Origin: Rhodothermales bacterium
Lineage (GTDB): Bacteria > Bacteroidota > Rhodothermia > Rhodothermales > JABDKH01
Assembly: GCA_041609895.1 (NCBI GenBank)
Contig: JBFIPX010000001.1
Coordinates: forward strand, 1-63,494
Reading direction: 5' to 3'
Length of the DNA: 63,494 nucleotides
Below the pieces are notes generated by a model, which ran no database searches, had not been told where the DNA came from, and saw only the letters and a list, made by a program, of their open reading frames with translations. Position 1 is the first letter of the stretch; the number at the start of each line of letters is the position of its first letter. A program made the translations under genes and the position numbers. Shown here piece after piece: positions 1-8,596 of the stretch.

Positions 1-293
1 CCGGGCCTCGTTTTGGGTCCCGGGCCTATCTGCTGATCAGCGATTGTACCTTGTCAGCGCACCACCACCATGCCCTTCTTCTCGAACGATTCCGACGAGT
101 CTTCCCATTGTGTATCTCCGCGCGGCGGAAGCCCTCAGCAGAACGCATCCGGGCTCGAGCACATCTCATAAGCAAAGACGAGAAAGGAAACAGCCAAAAC
201 CGCGAGCACCGAAACAGCTGTCGCCAACGTATCAGCGGTTTCGACCATCACCAGCCCGACCTCGGATCGATTTATCACAACCTTGTATCCCGA

Positions 294-578
294 CTACCTC
301 TTCGTCGGACTCACGAGGCGATACGGTGACGTCCTCCAGTTCCGTAAAGAGGCGTCCAGTCGCACCGTGTCTTCCTCAGTGATCAAGCCTGTGATCTCGT
401 CTGCGGTTACGACCGCGTCACGAATCGTCACCCGCGATCCATCTGTCAGCGTGAGTTCCAAGGTGCGCCGTTCCTCCGAGGCGTGCAGCTCATCGATAGC
501 CACTGTATTCGTCGTCTTGCACGCAGCGAGAACACTGAACCCGAGGACGTAGACCAGGGGTTTGATGGGCCATGTCAT
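294..578 (-). CDS. small hypothetical lipoprotein (94 aa)
   Basis: Internal ATG at 578 of ORF 294..794 gives MTWPIKPLVYVLGFSVLAAC-K, a lipobox-type signal. The ATG overlaps the TGA stop of the upstream gene (ATGA at 575-578). The ORF part upstream of this Met is Arg/His-rich and not protein-like. Confidence 0.55.
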   Translation of the reverse strand: MTWPIKPLVYVLGFSVLAACKTTNTVAIDELHASEERRTLELTLTDGSRVTIRDAVVTADEITGLITEEDTVRLDASLRNWRTSPYRLVSPTKR

Positions 579-1393
579 CTTGCACCTCCGCCTGCACAGG
601 TGCTTGGCCCCACCCCGATCACGACACTCATCTGCTGCGAAGTGTCGGGGCGAAATCGGTAGATGGTGTTTTCCCGCGTGCCCGTTATCGCGCCGACAAG
701 CAGACCCGTGACGCCTCCGATGACCCCGCCAACCAGTGCTCCGGCTCCAGCGGCTGTACCTCTGCTTTCCGGATTGCCTATGCAGCCAAAGCATTCAAAG
801 CCCTCACAGGTGCACTCCCGCCATACCGCTGCTCCGACGAGTGCTCCAATCGCCGCTCCCGACAGAGCGCCCAGGCCGAGGCCGGCACCGACACCACGAG
901 AACGGACTTGACGCGACTGACTGATGACGATCTCGTTGAACGATGAAATCGGCAAGGAAAGTCGCTCGTCCACGAGGATTAAGTCCGGCTCTAGACGAAG
1001 ATCTTTGGCCTGAATGTTTCCTGCGACCGACGCGGCTTCGATGGATGAGAATCGGAATTGGACGGTGTCAACCGCGCTTGCGTCTTTGCTTACCTGGCCG
1101 ATGACCCATTTCTCGGGATGGCTCGGAAGCCTACCCACTCGTCCCTGCAGCTCACGAGAGTCTGACAGTCGCAGGGTAATCTCACCTCCCTGCAGTCGTT
1201 TGTAAAGCGAGTCTTCGTCCACGGGTTCGTGAACCTCGAAGTGCGTACTGTACGATAGGGTTGCTAAGCAAGTGTTGGAGCAAAGCCTGCCGACGTCTTT
1301 GATCCCAGCATCATCCAGACTGCGTTCGACCATTTTTGTCGTCCCGCAGCCGGCCACTAATCCAAGCGTGATAACGAGAGTCATGTACTTCAT
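575..1393 (-). CDS. hypothetical lipoprotein with two glycine-zipper segments flanking a CxC-x4-C-x2-C cluster
   Basis: N-terminus MKYMTLVITLGLVAGC (lipobox). AGGAGAGG Shine-Dalgarno upstream of ATG 1393. C-terminal GVGAGLGLGALSGAAIGALVGAAV ... CTCEGFECFGC ... GAGALVGGVIGGVTGLLVGAITG. Confidence 0.7.
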   Translation of the reverse strand: MKYMTLVITLGLVAGCGTTKMVERSLDDAGIKDVGRLCSNTCLATLSYSTHFEVHEPVDEDSLYKRLQGGEITLRLSDSRELQGRVGRLPSHPEKWVIGQVSKDASAVDTVQFRFSSIEAASVAGNIQAKDLRLEPDLILVDERLSLPISSFNEIVISQSRQVRSRGVGAGLGLGALSGAAIGALVGAAVWRECTCEGFECFGCIGNPESRGTAAGAGALVGGVIGGVTGLLVGAITGTRENTIYRFRPDTSQQMSVVIGVGPSTCAGGGAR

Positions 1394-1607
1394 CGTTCAC
1401 CTCTCCTGACTTAACGGACTGTAGCTACGACCTCAAAGCCCGACAAACCCTACACATGTCAGGGTAGATGGGTAGGGATTTGCAGGTTTGGGGGCTGTGG
1501 GGAAATCCCTGAAAGACGGAGTCTACGCCGTAGCAAGAGGAGGGCTTGTCTTCGTTGCACTTCCACGGTGCACTAAGCAGAACACAGATCAAACACTGTC
1601 TAAATGT

Positions 1608-1636
1608 CTGCCTACACTCGGACGGGAATCCGGGCT
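1608..1636 (+). repeat. 29-nt intergenic motif, copy A (ctgcctacactcggacgggaatccgggct)
   Basis: Near-identical to 7519-7547 (ctgcctacagtcggacgggaaatcgggct): 2 substitutions and 1 indel by manual alignment. Both copies lie in long ORF-poor spacers. Confidence 0.6.
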
Positions 1637-1859
1637 CATGTACGGTCTTTGCGCAGATCAGAGACTACACATGTCAGGACCGCATTGTGCCGGGGAATCT
1701 CCCCTAGCACAGAGCAAGAATAGCCCGGCATCGGTTTTGGGTCGCTTTTCCTTAAGGAACAACGTAGAAACAGGAAAGCCCGACACTCCCGTCAAGTTGA
1801 AGTGGTCGAGCTTTCCGCCAAATCACACTAACGTCCGAAGGATCGGAGGGAGGTGACCT

Positions 1860-2441
1860 GTGAGGTTTTTAACTATGTCTTTTGCTTTTGTTCTCTCGGT
1901 CTGTGTTGCGGGCTGCTCTCAGGACGGCTTGGTATCCGATACCAAGGCGGTTGAGACGGAAGACCTGGCTCTCGGCAAGGCGGCGCAAGGGGACATGTCC
2001 GACTGGACGCAGCTCTGGTGGGAGTTCAACTACACGATCGATTCGCCAGCACCCGGCGGTTTCGTTAGCTGCATAAATAACGGTGCCGGTGAAGAAGCCT
2101 GGTTTGTCGGCTCGGGAAGGGCGTTTGCCAAGCAGGTGTTCACGCCGTCAGGCAACGTACTGCAACTAATCAAATACGAGATGGACGACAATGTCGCCAT
2201 CATCGGTGACGAGACCGGCGACGTGTGGAGAATCTATCGATTCAATTCTCACTGGACCCGGCACACGGGACACAATGATGGTCTAACAACCGTATTCCAG
2301 CCAGACGACTCGTGGTATGAGAACGAGGAAACGGGACAGAGAATCAAAGTTCTGATCTTCTGGAGGGTCACTTGGGAAGGCGACACGGTGTTGAGTTTTG
2401 AAGGCAACGAAGTGTCCTGCGCCCTCATGGGACCGAAGTAG
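1860..2441 (+). CDS. hypothetical lipoprotein
   Basis: GTG start 6 nt after GGAGGGAGG. Signal MRFLTMSFAFVLSVCVAGC-S with lipobox. No family recognised. Confidence 0.7.
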   Translation: MRFLTMSFAFVLSVCVAGCSQDGLVSDTKAVETEDLALGKAAQGDMSDWTQLWWEFNYTIDSPAPGGFVSCINNGAGEEAWFVGSGRAFAKQVFTPSGNVLQLIKYEMDDNVAIIGDETGDVWRIYRFNSHWTRHTGHNDGLTTVFQPDDSWYENEETGQRIKVLIFWRVTWEGDTVLSFEGNEVSCALMGPK

Positions 2442-2491
2442 CCCAAGTATGGTCCAGCGGTTTGTTAGCCCGTAAACCGATCCCGGATTGG

Positions 2492-2527
2492 CCCCGGCAC
2501 GCAGGGCGATGCCGGGGTCCGGTTTGT
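2492..2527 (+). terminator. putative intrinsic terminator after the 1860..2441 gene
   Basis: 8-bp stem ccccggca/tgccgggg (2492-2499 with 2510-2517), 10-nt loop. The U-tract is only short (tccggtttg). Confidence 0.4.
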
Positions 2528-2530
2528 GGA

Positions 2531-2565
2531 AGAAAAAAGGCCCGGTTCACAACTGCGAGCCGGGC
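2531..2565 (-). terminator. intrinsic terminator on the minus strand with no intact gene upstream of it
   Basis: 9-bp stem (2540-2548 with 2557-2565). On the minus strand it is followed by cTTTTTTcT (2539-2531). It lies about 110 nt downstream of the start-less reading frame 2673-2891. Confidence 0.5.
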
Positions 2566-3098
2566 TGGAAATCGAAACAAAGCGGGGACCCTACTTCACC
2601 ATCACCATCCGCCTTAGGTCAAGCGCTTGAATTCGTATGCGACAAGACTCTGGCACTCTTCATGTTCCACTCTTACGATGCCACCTCCACCTTCAACGAA
2701 ACACCGAAGTTGTACCGTGCGTCGTTGAAGTGTCCCTTCTCGACAAGGACGTGCTTGCGAGGCCAAGGCATCCACCACGTACAAAGCGCGGGTCCAATCT
2801 CAGGTGGTATGAACGCGATTGAATTGGCATGCTGTCGAATGACGGGATTGTGACTTGTTCCGGCACCCAGCTTCCACCATTTGCCTATCAGTCAGGGCTT
2901 CTACGTTCCATCGCCTCCCTTACATCTCGTCAGGGATCAGCTTGCATGAGATCCTCGAGTTGTCTCTCAGCTAATGTTTGAGGACTTCGCTATAAGAGTG
3001 AAACGATAGAAGGAAGGCCCGACCTCCCTTTTTGCAGACGAAGTCGAGCCTTCAATCAGACAACCAACAAATTTCGCTAGTGCGAAAGGAGGTGTCCA

Positions 3099-3707
3099 AT
3101 GAAGCTACTTACGTGCGCGTTAATTGTTCTCGCACTTGGATGCGACGCGACAGTAGAACCCGTCTCATCTCCCGTTCTTCCGGAAAGCGACGTTCTCGCC
3201 AAGATGGACGATAGGCCCACGCAGTCCGGGATCCGCGTGTTCGTCCATGAGGGCCGTGCGACCGTTATCCTCGTCGACGCAAAGACGGGTCTCGTGTCTG
3301 TCCACGGCCGCACCGGCTACGAGGTCTGCCTGGGCGTGGGGGTGCCGGATGTTGGCTATTTCAAAGATGTGATTCCACCCGACCCGGATGGCTTTCGTAT
3401 CATGCACAGTCCCGGACAAGCTGAAGACGTTCGGACCGAGGTTTGGCCTATTGATATCGAATGCGAGGATATCCTTGATGACGGAGTACCTATTGCTTCT
3501 GGCCTGAGCGACGGGATAAATACTGACAATGATATTCTTCCGTGGGCCAGCTCAACGCCGAACCGCAACGTCTGGTCATGGCGATACCATGGCAAACTGG
3601 ATCTAGCCGTGGGTGGTTTGACGCCTTACACGGGTCAGTTTCACTGCCTGTACGACTTTGAGGAGGGCGAAACCAGTTGTTTCGATATTATCCGTCTACC
3701 GCGTTAA
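3099..3707 (+). CDS. hypothetical lipoprotein
   Basis: AAGGAGG 7 nt upstream of ATG. Signal MKLLTCALIVLALGC-D (lipobox). No family recognised. Confidence 0.7.
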   Translation: MKLLTCALIVLALGCDATVEPVSSPVLPESDVLAKMDDRPTQSGIRVFVHEGRATVILVDAKTGLVSVHGRTGYEVCLGVGVPDVGYFKDVIPPDPDGFRIMHSPGQAEDVRTEVWPIDIECEDILDDGVPIASGLSDGINTDNDILPWASSTPNRNVWSWRYHGKLDLAVGGLTPYTGQFHCLYDFEEGETSCFDIIRLPR

Positions 3708-3753
3708 AAGTCGTGTGCCGCTATCGAATCACGTGGACTTGTTACGACGAGAC

Positions 3754-3793
3754 AGCCCCGCCTGTAAAGCGGGGCTTCTCTTTCTACTCTTTC
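3754..3793 (+). terminator. intrinsic terminator of the 3099..3707 gene
   Basis: Stem agccccgc/gcggggct (3754-3761 with 3769-3776), 7-nt loop, followed by the T-rich tctctttctactctttc. Confidence 0.75.
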
Positions 3794-3871
3794 ATGCAGA
3801 TGGTCGAGATCATCTCGAATTGCAACCCGCAAACGCTGCACGGTGGATCGATCGCTGAGTCACTGTGGTAG
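3791..3871 (+). pseudogene. orphan 3'-terminal fragment (26 codons plus stop) of the small gene at 7858..8232
   Basis: Encodes FMQMVEIISNCNPQTLHGGSIAESLW*, against FMQMLDIISNCNPQTLHGGSIAESLW* at the C-terminus of 7858..8232. About 74 of 81 nt are identical by manual alignment, in inverted orientation. It starts immediately after a terminator and has no upstream coding context. Confidence 0.7.
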
Positions 3872-4227
3872 ACGCCGCAAACGTTCGCTCGGATGCGCAC
3901 TGCACCGTTGGCGGCTGCTTCCTCTTCTGACTATTTGCAACAGGCACGTTTGGGGGACTTGAGGGGTCGCGAATGTGTGGGATAACGAGCGTCGGATTAA
4001 TGACTCCGCCGGTGCTTCACGGATCCAGGTATCACAACGCTGTCAACATATCGGATGGTGATGAAAGACGAATCTCCCGAATCGCGTTTCAAGCAAAAAG
4101 CCTCTCGCCACTGGATATCACTGGCTAGTCTACTGCCGTCGGAACATGGGAAAGCCCCGACAGCAATGGTGATTGACGTTCGCTATAGAACTCGTATGAA
4201 CGACGTGTCCCGTTGAGGTAATGTCCG

Positions 4228-7173
4228 ATGAAGAAGACCCCGACACAATTCCCGAGACCTGCACTCGTTTTCCGAAGCATTCATCGCTTTCTCTGCATCG
4301 AGTTGATTGTTGCCGCCTTCTGCACAGCGGCCGACGGCCAGGTTCCAGCCGATTTCGAGCTTCGAGTCATCACCGGAGAGGTTATCGGGGAGACTCAGAG
4401 CGTTTACATAGAAGCCGACAGATCAGCGAGGTACGTCCGTTACGTATTCCCTTACATCCTCGTGGACTCGTCGTTTACCGTCTCTGAGGCAGACCGCGCC
4501 TCTCTTTGGCAGTTGGTATCTGAAGGCCATCTCGTCGGCGCGAGTCAGGAGTACATCACTCCGGGAGTGTTTCGAGGCAGTTTCGCCCGTGTTACCGTGC
4601 ACGCCAACTCCGAAGAGCATTCCGTCTATGTACGCAATTTTAGATTCGGCGTAATCGAAGAGCTATTCACAATGCTGAACGCCCTGACTCCTGCAGGATA
4701 CCTTCAAACGGTTAGGCAGCCGACATACTTTTCTTCCAATGAAGACGTCTGCGGTGCCAGGTGGGACAAGCAAGCGGGTCCGATCACGAAGACGTTAGGC
4801 GGTCGCACGGCTACCACGGGGATGTACACGCAAAAAACGGCCGCGACGGCAGGTCACCCGGGAACGGCGGTCTCTGAGCGCATCAGCCTCACGGATGCCG
4901 TCGCTCGTGGGATCGTAAATCTCGAGGGCAAGGGTGGCTATTTTGGCGATGCGGTCTCCGCCTCCATAGACAACAGTGAGTTTGACCTGGCCGACGACAT
5001 CACGATCGATATTTATGTAGAGTTTTACGGCGATGCCGCTACGGTAGACAACGCGTTCGATATCGCCGAACACATCGAAGCTTTTTACGACGGGCATAGC
5101 ACGAGCGACGGTCGTGAGGTAGACGTACGAGTAGACGTTCGGGTTGTTGAAGGCACAGACGAGCCACCACGCACGCCGGGCTATCATCAGATTGAGCTAG
5201 TGGAAGAGAACCAGTGTGCCGGTGATTCAGCATGTGTTCCGGTAAGTCATGTCCAGTGGCCGGAGGATGGAGGCGTAAACGAAGGGACGGCATCTGGGGA
5301 GTGGAGAACAACTGGCGAAGACCTCGCCGATCTGTACGAACACGAAGCAGGACATTTGATCGGGCTGCCAGACGAGTACACGGAAGCGCAACAGCAATCA
5401 GATGGATCGTGGGTAGCTACGCAAGACGGAGAGGAGATCTGGTGGGGGTCCACTGAAGATCTTGCCAGTGCTCTCCAACCGTCGTACGATCCGATGTCAA
5501 TTGAGGAGCTAGTAGATACACTGAACGATCCGGCATTGACACGGTTAACTGTTCCGCTTGAAGGAGAAGAGAATAACGTGATGGCCGGCAGTGGAGGTGA
5601 CGAAGTGCCTCAGAGATACTTCGATGCGCTCGCGGCGGCTGCGGGAATCATTGTCGAGATTCGCCCCGGCGATATCCTGATTCAACGGGATGGAGATGAC
5701 CAGCACCTGGTTGTCACTCGATCTCTTGATCTTTTTGTGCCTGCGGGCGAATCCAAAACGTTCTACGGTGTCTATACAGCGTGCTTCGATGGATCAGGGA
5801 TACCTAGCGAGGGGGAGGGCTTCGACGTGGCACCTCCTCTGGGTGCATGGGAGGGCGTGTCCTCTGCCTCCGTACTGCAGCAGCTGCTCGAGTACATCGA
5901 TCGCGAAGAGAGGTTCTGCTACGATTACTTCGATAGGGTCCCACAAAACGCCATTTGGCGTCTGACCTATAACGAGAATCTCACCGATCCCGAGATTCTT
6001 GCGATGATGCAAGATGCCGATATTTCGATAGGCGACGCGCGGACGGATTTCCGCGAGGCGTGTTCAAATGACGGCAACCCATGCCTTAGCAGTCCAGCTA
6101 TTGGTGATACGGGAAGTACGCGGATCGTCGTACCTCCTGAACTCATTGTTGCTTCAGTTGAGCCGAAATCCGTTCTCACATCTGTTGGTGAAAGAGTGAC
6201 AATGATCGCGGCACTAGCCTCTGCCGCATTCACGCAAGAGTATGCAGCAAACTTCAGCTGGTCACTCGAAACACCCCTATCTTCGCAGGCGATGCTGCAG
6301 CGAGACGATGGTTCTGAGAACACACTTATCCTAGACACGAGAGGTATCTACCACATACACCTCAACACATCTGTCATCAGTCCAGAGGCGGACACAATAC
6401 AAGTTCCTAAACGGATGGCGAGGATCGTTGCGGGCGATGAAATGACGGACACTTTTGAGAGGTCACAGTTATCGGGGAGCGGGTTTCGCTGGTCAACTAG
6501 CGAGCACGCGACGTGGAAGACTTCGAGCGATTATTCGCATACCGGGAGTTACTCGGCAAGATCAGGCCAGCTCGCGCCTGGAGATACGTCTTGGCTATCG
6601 ATCAGGCTATTCTTGCCTGTTTCCGACGAAATCTCGTTCGCTTTGAGAATCGCTGCAGAGCGGTATCCCAGTGGCCGCTCGGAAGTCACGTTTGCCGTGG
6701 ACAACTCGGACATAGAGTCGTGGACAGGAGAGATGAACTGGCGTGCCTACAGCTTTCCGCTTCCTGCCGGTGAACACGAAGTGAAGTGGTACATGGTTCG
6801 GACCTCTTCCTCGTATCCGGAGGTAATCGACAGAGTGTGGATTGACGATGTGGTTTTCCCGCAAAACGCAGTCATCACCTCAATCGCTTCAAACGTAACT
6901 GATACTCCAAATTCGTTCTCACTGTCACGGAATTACCCAAATCCATTCAATCCATCAACAGTCTTTTCATACGATCTACCGACGCCCTCAGAGACGAAGC
7001 TAACAGTCTTTGATGTCCTGGGCCGGCAAGTGAGTATCCTTGCCTCGGGCATGCATCCAGCAGGCACCCACGAGGTCACCTTCGACGCCACCGGACTGCC
7101 GCCCGGCGTCTACTTCTGCCGACTCCAAGCCGGGGACTACGTGGAAACGCGGAGTGCCGTGCTGATCCGGTGA
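4228..7173 (+). CDS. secreted zinc metalloprotease-like protein (HExxH...DEY, M64-like motif) with T9SS C-terminal sorting domain
   Basis: Signal peptide MKKTPTQFPRPALVFRSIHRFLCIELIVAAFCTAADG. Motif YEHEAGHLIGLPDEY. C-terminus NYPNPFNPSTVFSYDLP...GVYFCRLQAGDYVETRSAVLIR is a typical T9SS CTD. Confidence 0.85.
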   Translation: MKKTPTQFPRPALVFRSIHRFLCIELIVAAFCTAADGQVPADFELRVITGEVIGETQSVYIEADRSARYVRYVFPYILVDSSFTVSEADRASLWQLVSEGHLVGASQEYITPGVFRGSFARVTVHANSEEHSVYVRNFRFGVIEELFTMLNALTPAGYLQTVRQPTYFSSNEDVCGARWDKQAGPITKTLGGRTATTGMYTQKTAATAGHPGTAVSERISLTDAVARGIVNLEGKGGYFGDAVSASIDNSEFDLADDITIDIYVEFYGDAATVDNAFDIAEHIEAFYDGHSTSDGREVDVRVDVRVVEGTDEPPRTPGYHQIELVEENQCAGDSACVPVSHVQWPEDGGVNEGTASGEWRTTGEDLADLYEHEAGHLIGLPDEYTEAQQQSDGSWVATQDGEEIWWGSTEDLASALQPSYDPMSIEELVDTLNDPALTRLTVPLEGEENNVMAGSGGDEVPQRYFDALAAAAGIIVEIRPGDILIQRDGDDQHLVVTRSLDLFVPAGESKTFYGVYTACFDGSGIPSEGEGFDVAPPLGAWEGVSSASVLQQLLEYIDREERFCYDYFDRVPQNAIWRLTYNENLTDPEILAMMQDADISIGDARTDFREACSNDGNPCLSSPAIGDTGSTRIVVPPELIVASVEPKSVLTSVGERVTMIAALASAAFTQEYAANFSWSLETPLSSQAMLQRDDGSENTLILDTRGIYHIHLNTSVISPEADTIQVPKRMARIVAGDEMTDTFERSQLSGSGFRWSTSEHATWKTSSDYSHTGSYSARSGQLAPGDTSWLSIRLFLPVSDEISFALRIAAERYPSGRSEVTFAVDNSDIESWTGEMNWRAYSFPLPAGEHEVKWYMVRTSSSYPEVIDRVWIDDVVFPQNAVITSIASNVTDTPNSFSLSRNYPNPFNPSTVFSYDLPTPSETKLTVFDVLGRQVSILASGMHPAGTHEVTFDATGLPPGVYFCRLQAGDYVETRSAVLIR

Positions 7174-7518
7174 TGGGTCGACGGCCGTGGACGGACGTTC
7201 AAATCTCAGCGACCTAGTCGACACGCAACCGAGTTCTCGTCGCCGACCCCGGCCACGCATAAGTCCTCGCTAGCATCGTCGGAAAAGGGTCCAATAGCCA
7301 GTGTTGGCTCCTCCGTTTTAATCGTGTACAGTTTACGCAAAGTCGGTATGGGCGATGTCGAGACGCTGCCTGCTGTTACAAAGAGGTTTCGTTATTTGCT
7401 GTTGCGGAAACCCTGATCACCCGTAGATGGTGAGTGGCGGAGTGACGAGACAATAATTGCAGTTAGATGCTGATAGCCGTGCGATTCAAAAACAGCTAGA
7501 ACACCACTGCCTACAGAA

Positions 7519-7547
7519 CTGCCTACAGTCGGACGGGAAATCGGGCT
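7519..7547 (+). repeat. 29-nt intergenic motif, copy B, preceded by a partial extra copy (ctgcctacag at 7508-7517)
   Basis: See 1608-1636. Here it sits 23 nt upstream of the tRNA-like stem-loop. Confidence 0.6.
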
Positions 7548-7569
7548 TGCAATATAGCGCCCATTCAAA

Positions 7570-7630
7570 ACGGACTTAAAATCCGTTAGGGCACACGCCC
7601 CGTGTGGCTTCGACTCCCAGTTCCGGTACT
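7570..7630 (+). other. decayed tRNA-like fragment (anticodon arm with UAA/Leu-type loop, variable-arm hairpin, degenerate T arm)
   Basis: Perfect 5-bp stem acgga/tccgt around the 7-nt loop cTTAAaa. Then gggc-acac-gccc hairpin. Then ccgtgtggcttcgactcccag, which resembles ccgtgggttcgaatcccac of the intact tRNA-Ser at 57573. No pairing acceptor stem or D arm could be built. Confidence 0.25.
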
Positions 7631-7857
7631 ATTGGATCCAGGTTTGAGGTAAGAAGATCCACCGTCGCGATTGCGACCATTTCTATCAGGCTGCGTATTG
7701 CCCTCCCGACGATTCTGACAATCGAGTCAACAATTTGACTCGCGTGACCTGACGCGTTTGCGACGATTTCAGCAGCAGGGTCCGAGTTGCGAGTCCGCAA
7801 ACAAGAGGGCGGCCAAAGAAGACCTTTCAGACGTTTGAGCGCAACGTTCCGTTGTCC

Positions 7858-8232
7858 TTACCACAGTGACTCAGCGATCGATCCACCGTGGAGCGTTTGC
7901 GGGTTGCAGTTGGAGATGATGTCCAGCATCTGCATGAAGTCGGCCCACGTCTCTTGCGCCTGCTGCCAATGATCAGCGATCCCCTCTGGCGACTCGTAGA
8001 TCTCGCTCAAAACGTACCTCACGTTGCCGGTCGGTTCCGATGTGGGATCCATCGGATTGCTGTGTTCCGGTCCCTTCGAGAAATTGTAGGCTAGAAGAGC
8101 TTTCGGCCCGTCGCGATGGTGCGACTCCGCCATCCAGGCCCCGTGGCTGGCCACGAGCCGATCAAGTTCTGCCACCTGGTCGGGAGTCGCCACGAATGTG
8201 ATCAAGAGTTGGGTCTTTCCTTTGTTTGCCAT
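7858..8232 (-). CDS. small hypothetical cytoplasmic protein (124 aa), possibly alpha+beta barrel (ABM/Dabb-like)
   Basis: ATG at 8232 preceded by GGAGGA at 8 nt (MANKGKTQLLITFVATPDQVAELDRLV...). The longer ORF to 8301 adds a non-protein-like extension. The fold guess is weak. Confidence 0.7.
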   Translation of the reverse strand: MANKGKTQLLITFVATPDQVAELDRLVASHGAWMAESHHRDGPKALLAYNFSKGPEHSNPMDPTSEPTGNVRYVLSEIYESPEGIADHWQQAQETWADFMQMLDIISNCNPQTLHGGSIAESLW

Positions 8233-8596
8233 CAGATTGTCCTCCGATACAGAGTTTCTACCAAGGGATTTACCTGGAAATTGCGAGGCACCGTGCCGCA
8301 AAGGTCTTTCTCGGCTCCAAAGAACTCAGCGGCGAAAGTGAATGTCGAAGTCTCCGCACGATAGCAACTACGTGCACGGGTTGCAACGACGAGGCGCCGC
8401 GTACCGTGAAGACTTCTCTCGGTGAACGCTAGAAAGTGCTGTCCGCGGTCCGTCGCCCACAATACCAGTGTGGAGTGCAATGTCTACCGCAAGGTTTCCG
8501 TATACTTGCGACCCTAAATACGAGAAGCCAATCCGGTTTGGGACGACCTCCGGATCTCCTCATATCACAAGCGAATCACAATATCCGAGAGAAGTC

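Noticed and set aside
135-248. 37-codon minus-strand ORF (MVETADTLATAVSVLAVLAVSFLVFAYEMCSSPDAFC) downstream of the lipoprotein pair.
   Set aside because: It is plausible as a one-helix membrane peptide. However it is too short to support from sequence alone and I saw no clear ribosome-binding site, so I left it unannotated.
921-950. CUGAUGA ... GAAA spacing reminiscent of a hammerhead ribozyme core.
   Set aside because: The intervening sequence forms a direct repeat rather than an inverted one, so no stem II exists. It also lies inside a coding region on the antisense strand.
1488-1856. 122-aa ORF, and a GGGGCTG... string at 1491 that recalls a tmRNA 5' end. The cggacggg motif also recalls the tmRNA/tRNA 3' domain.
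   Set aside because: The translation is not protein-like. No tag reading frame (ending in ...ALAA*), no T-arm (GGTTCGA) and no pairing acceptor 3' end could be found at a suitable distance, so it is not an ssrA gene.
7576-7800. 74-aa TTG-initiated ORF on the minus strand, downstream of the small gene at 7858..8232.
   Set aside because: It spans the tRNA-like relic and two perfect hairpins (cgagtcaa-caat-ttgactcg and cgcgt-gacctg-acgcg). It has no Shine-Dalgarno box and no recognisable motif, so it is more likely non-coding.
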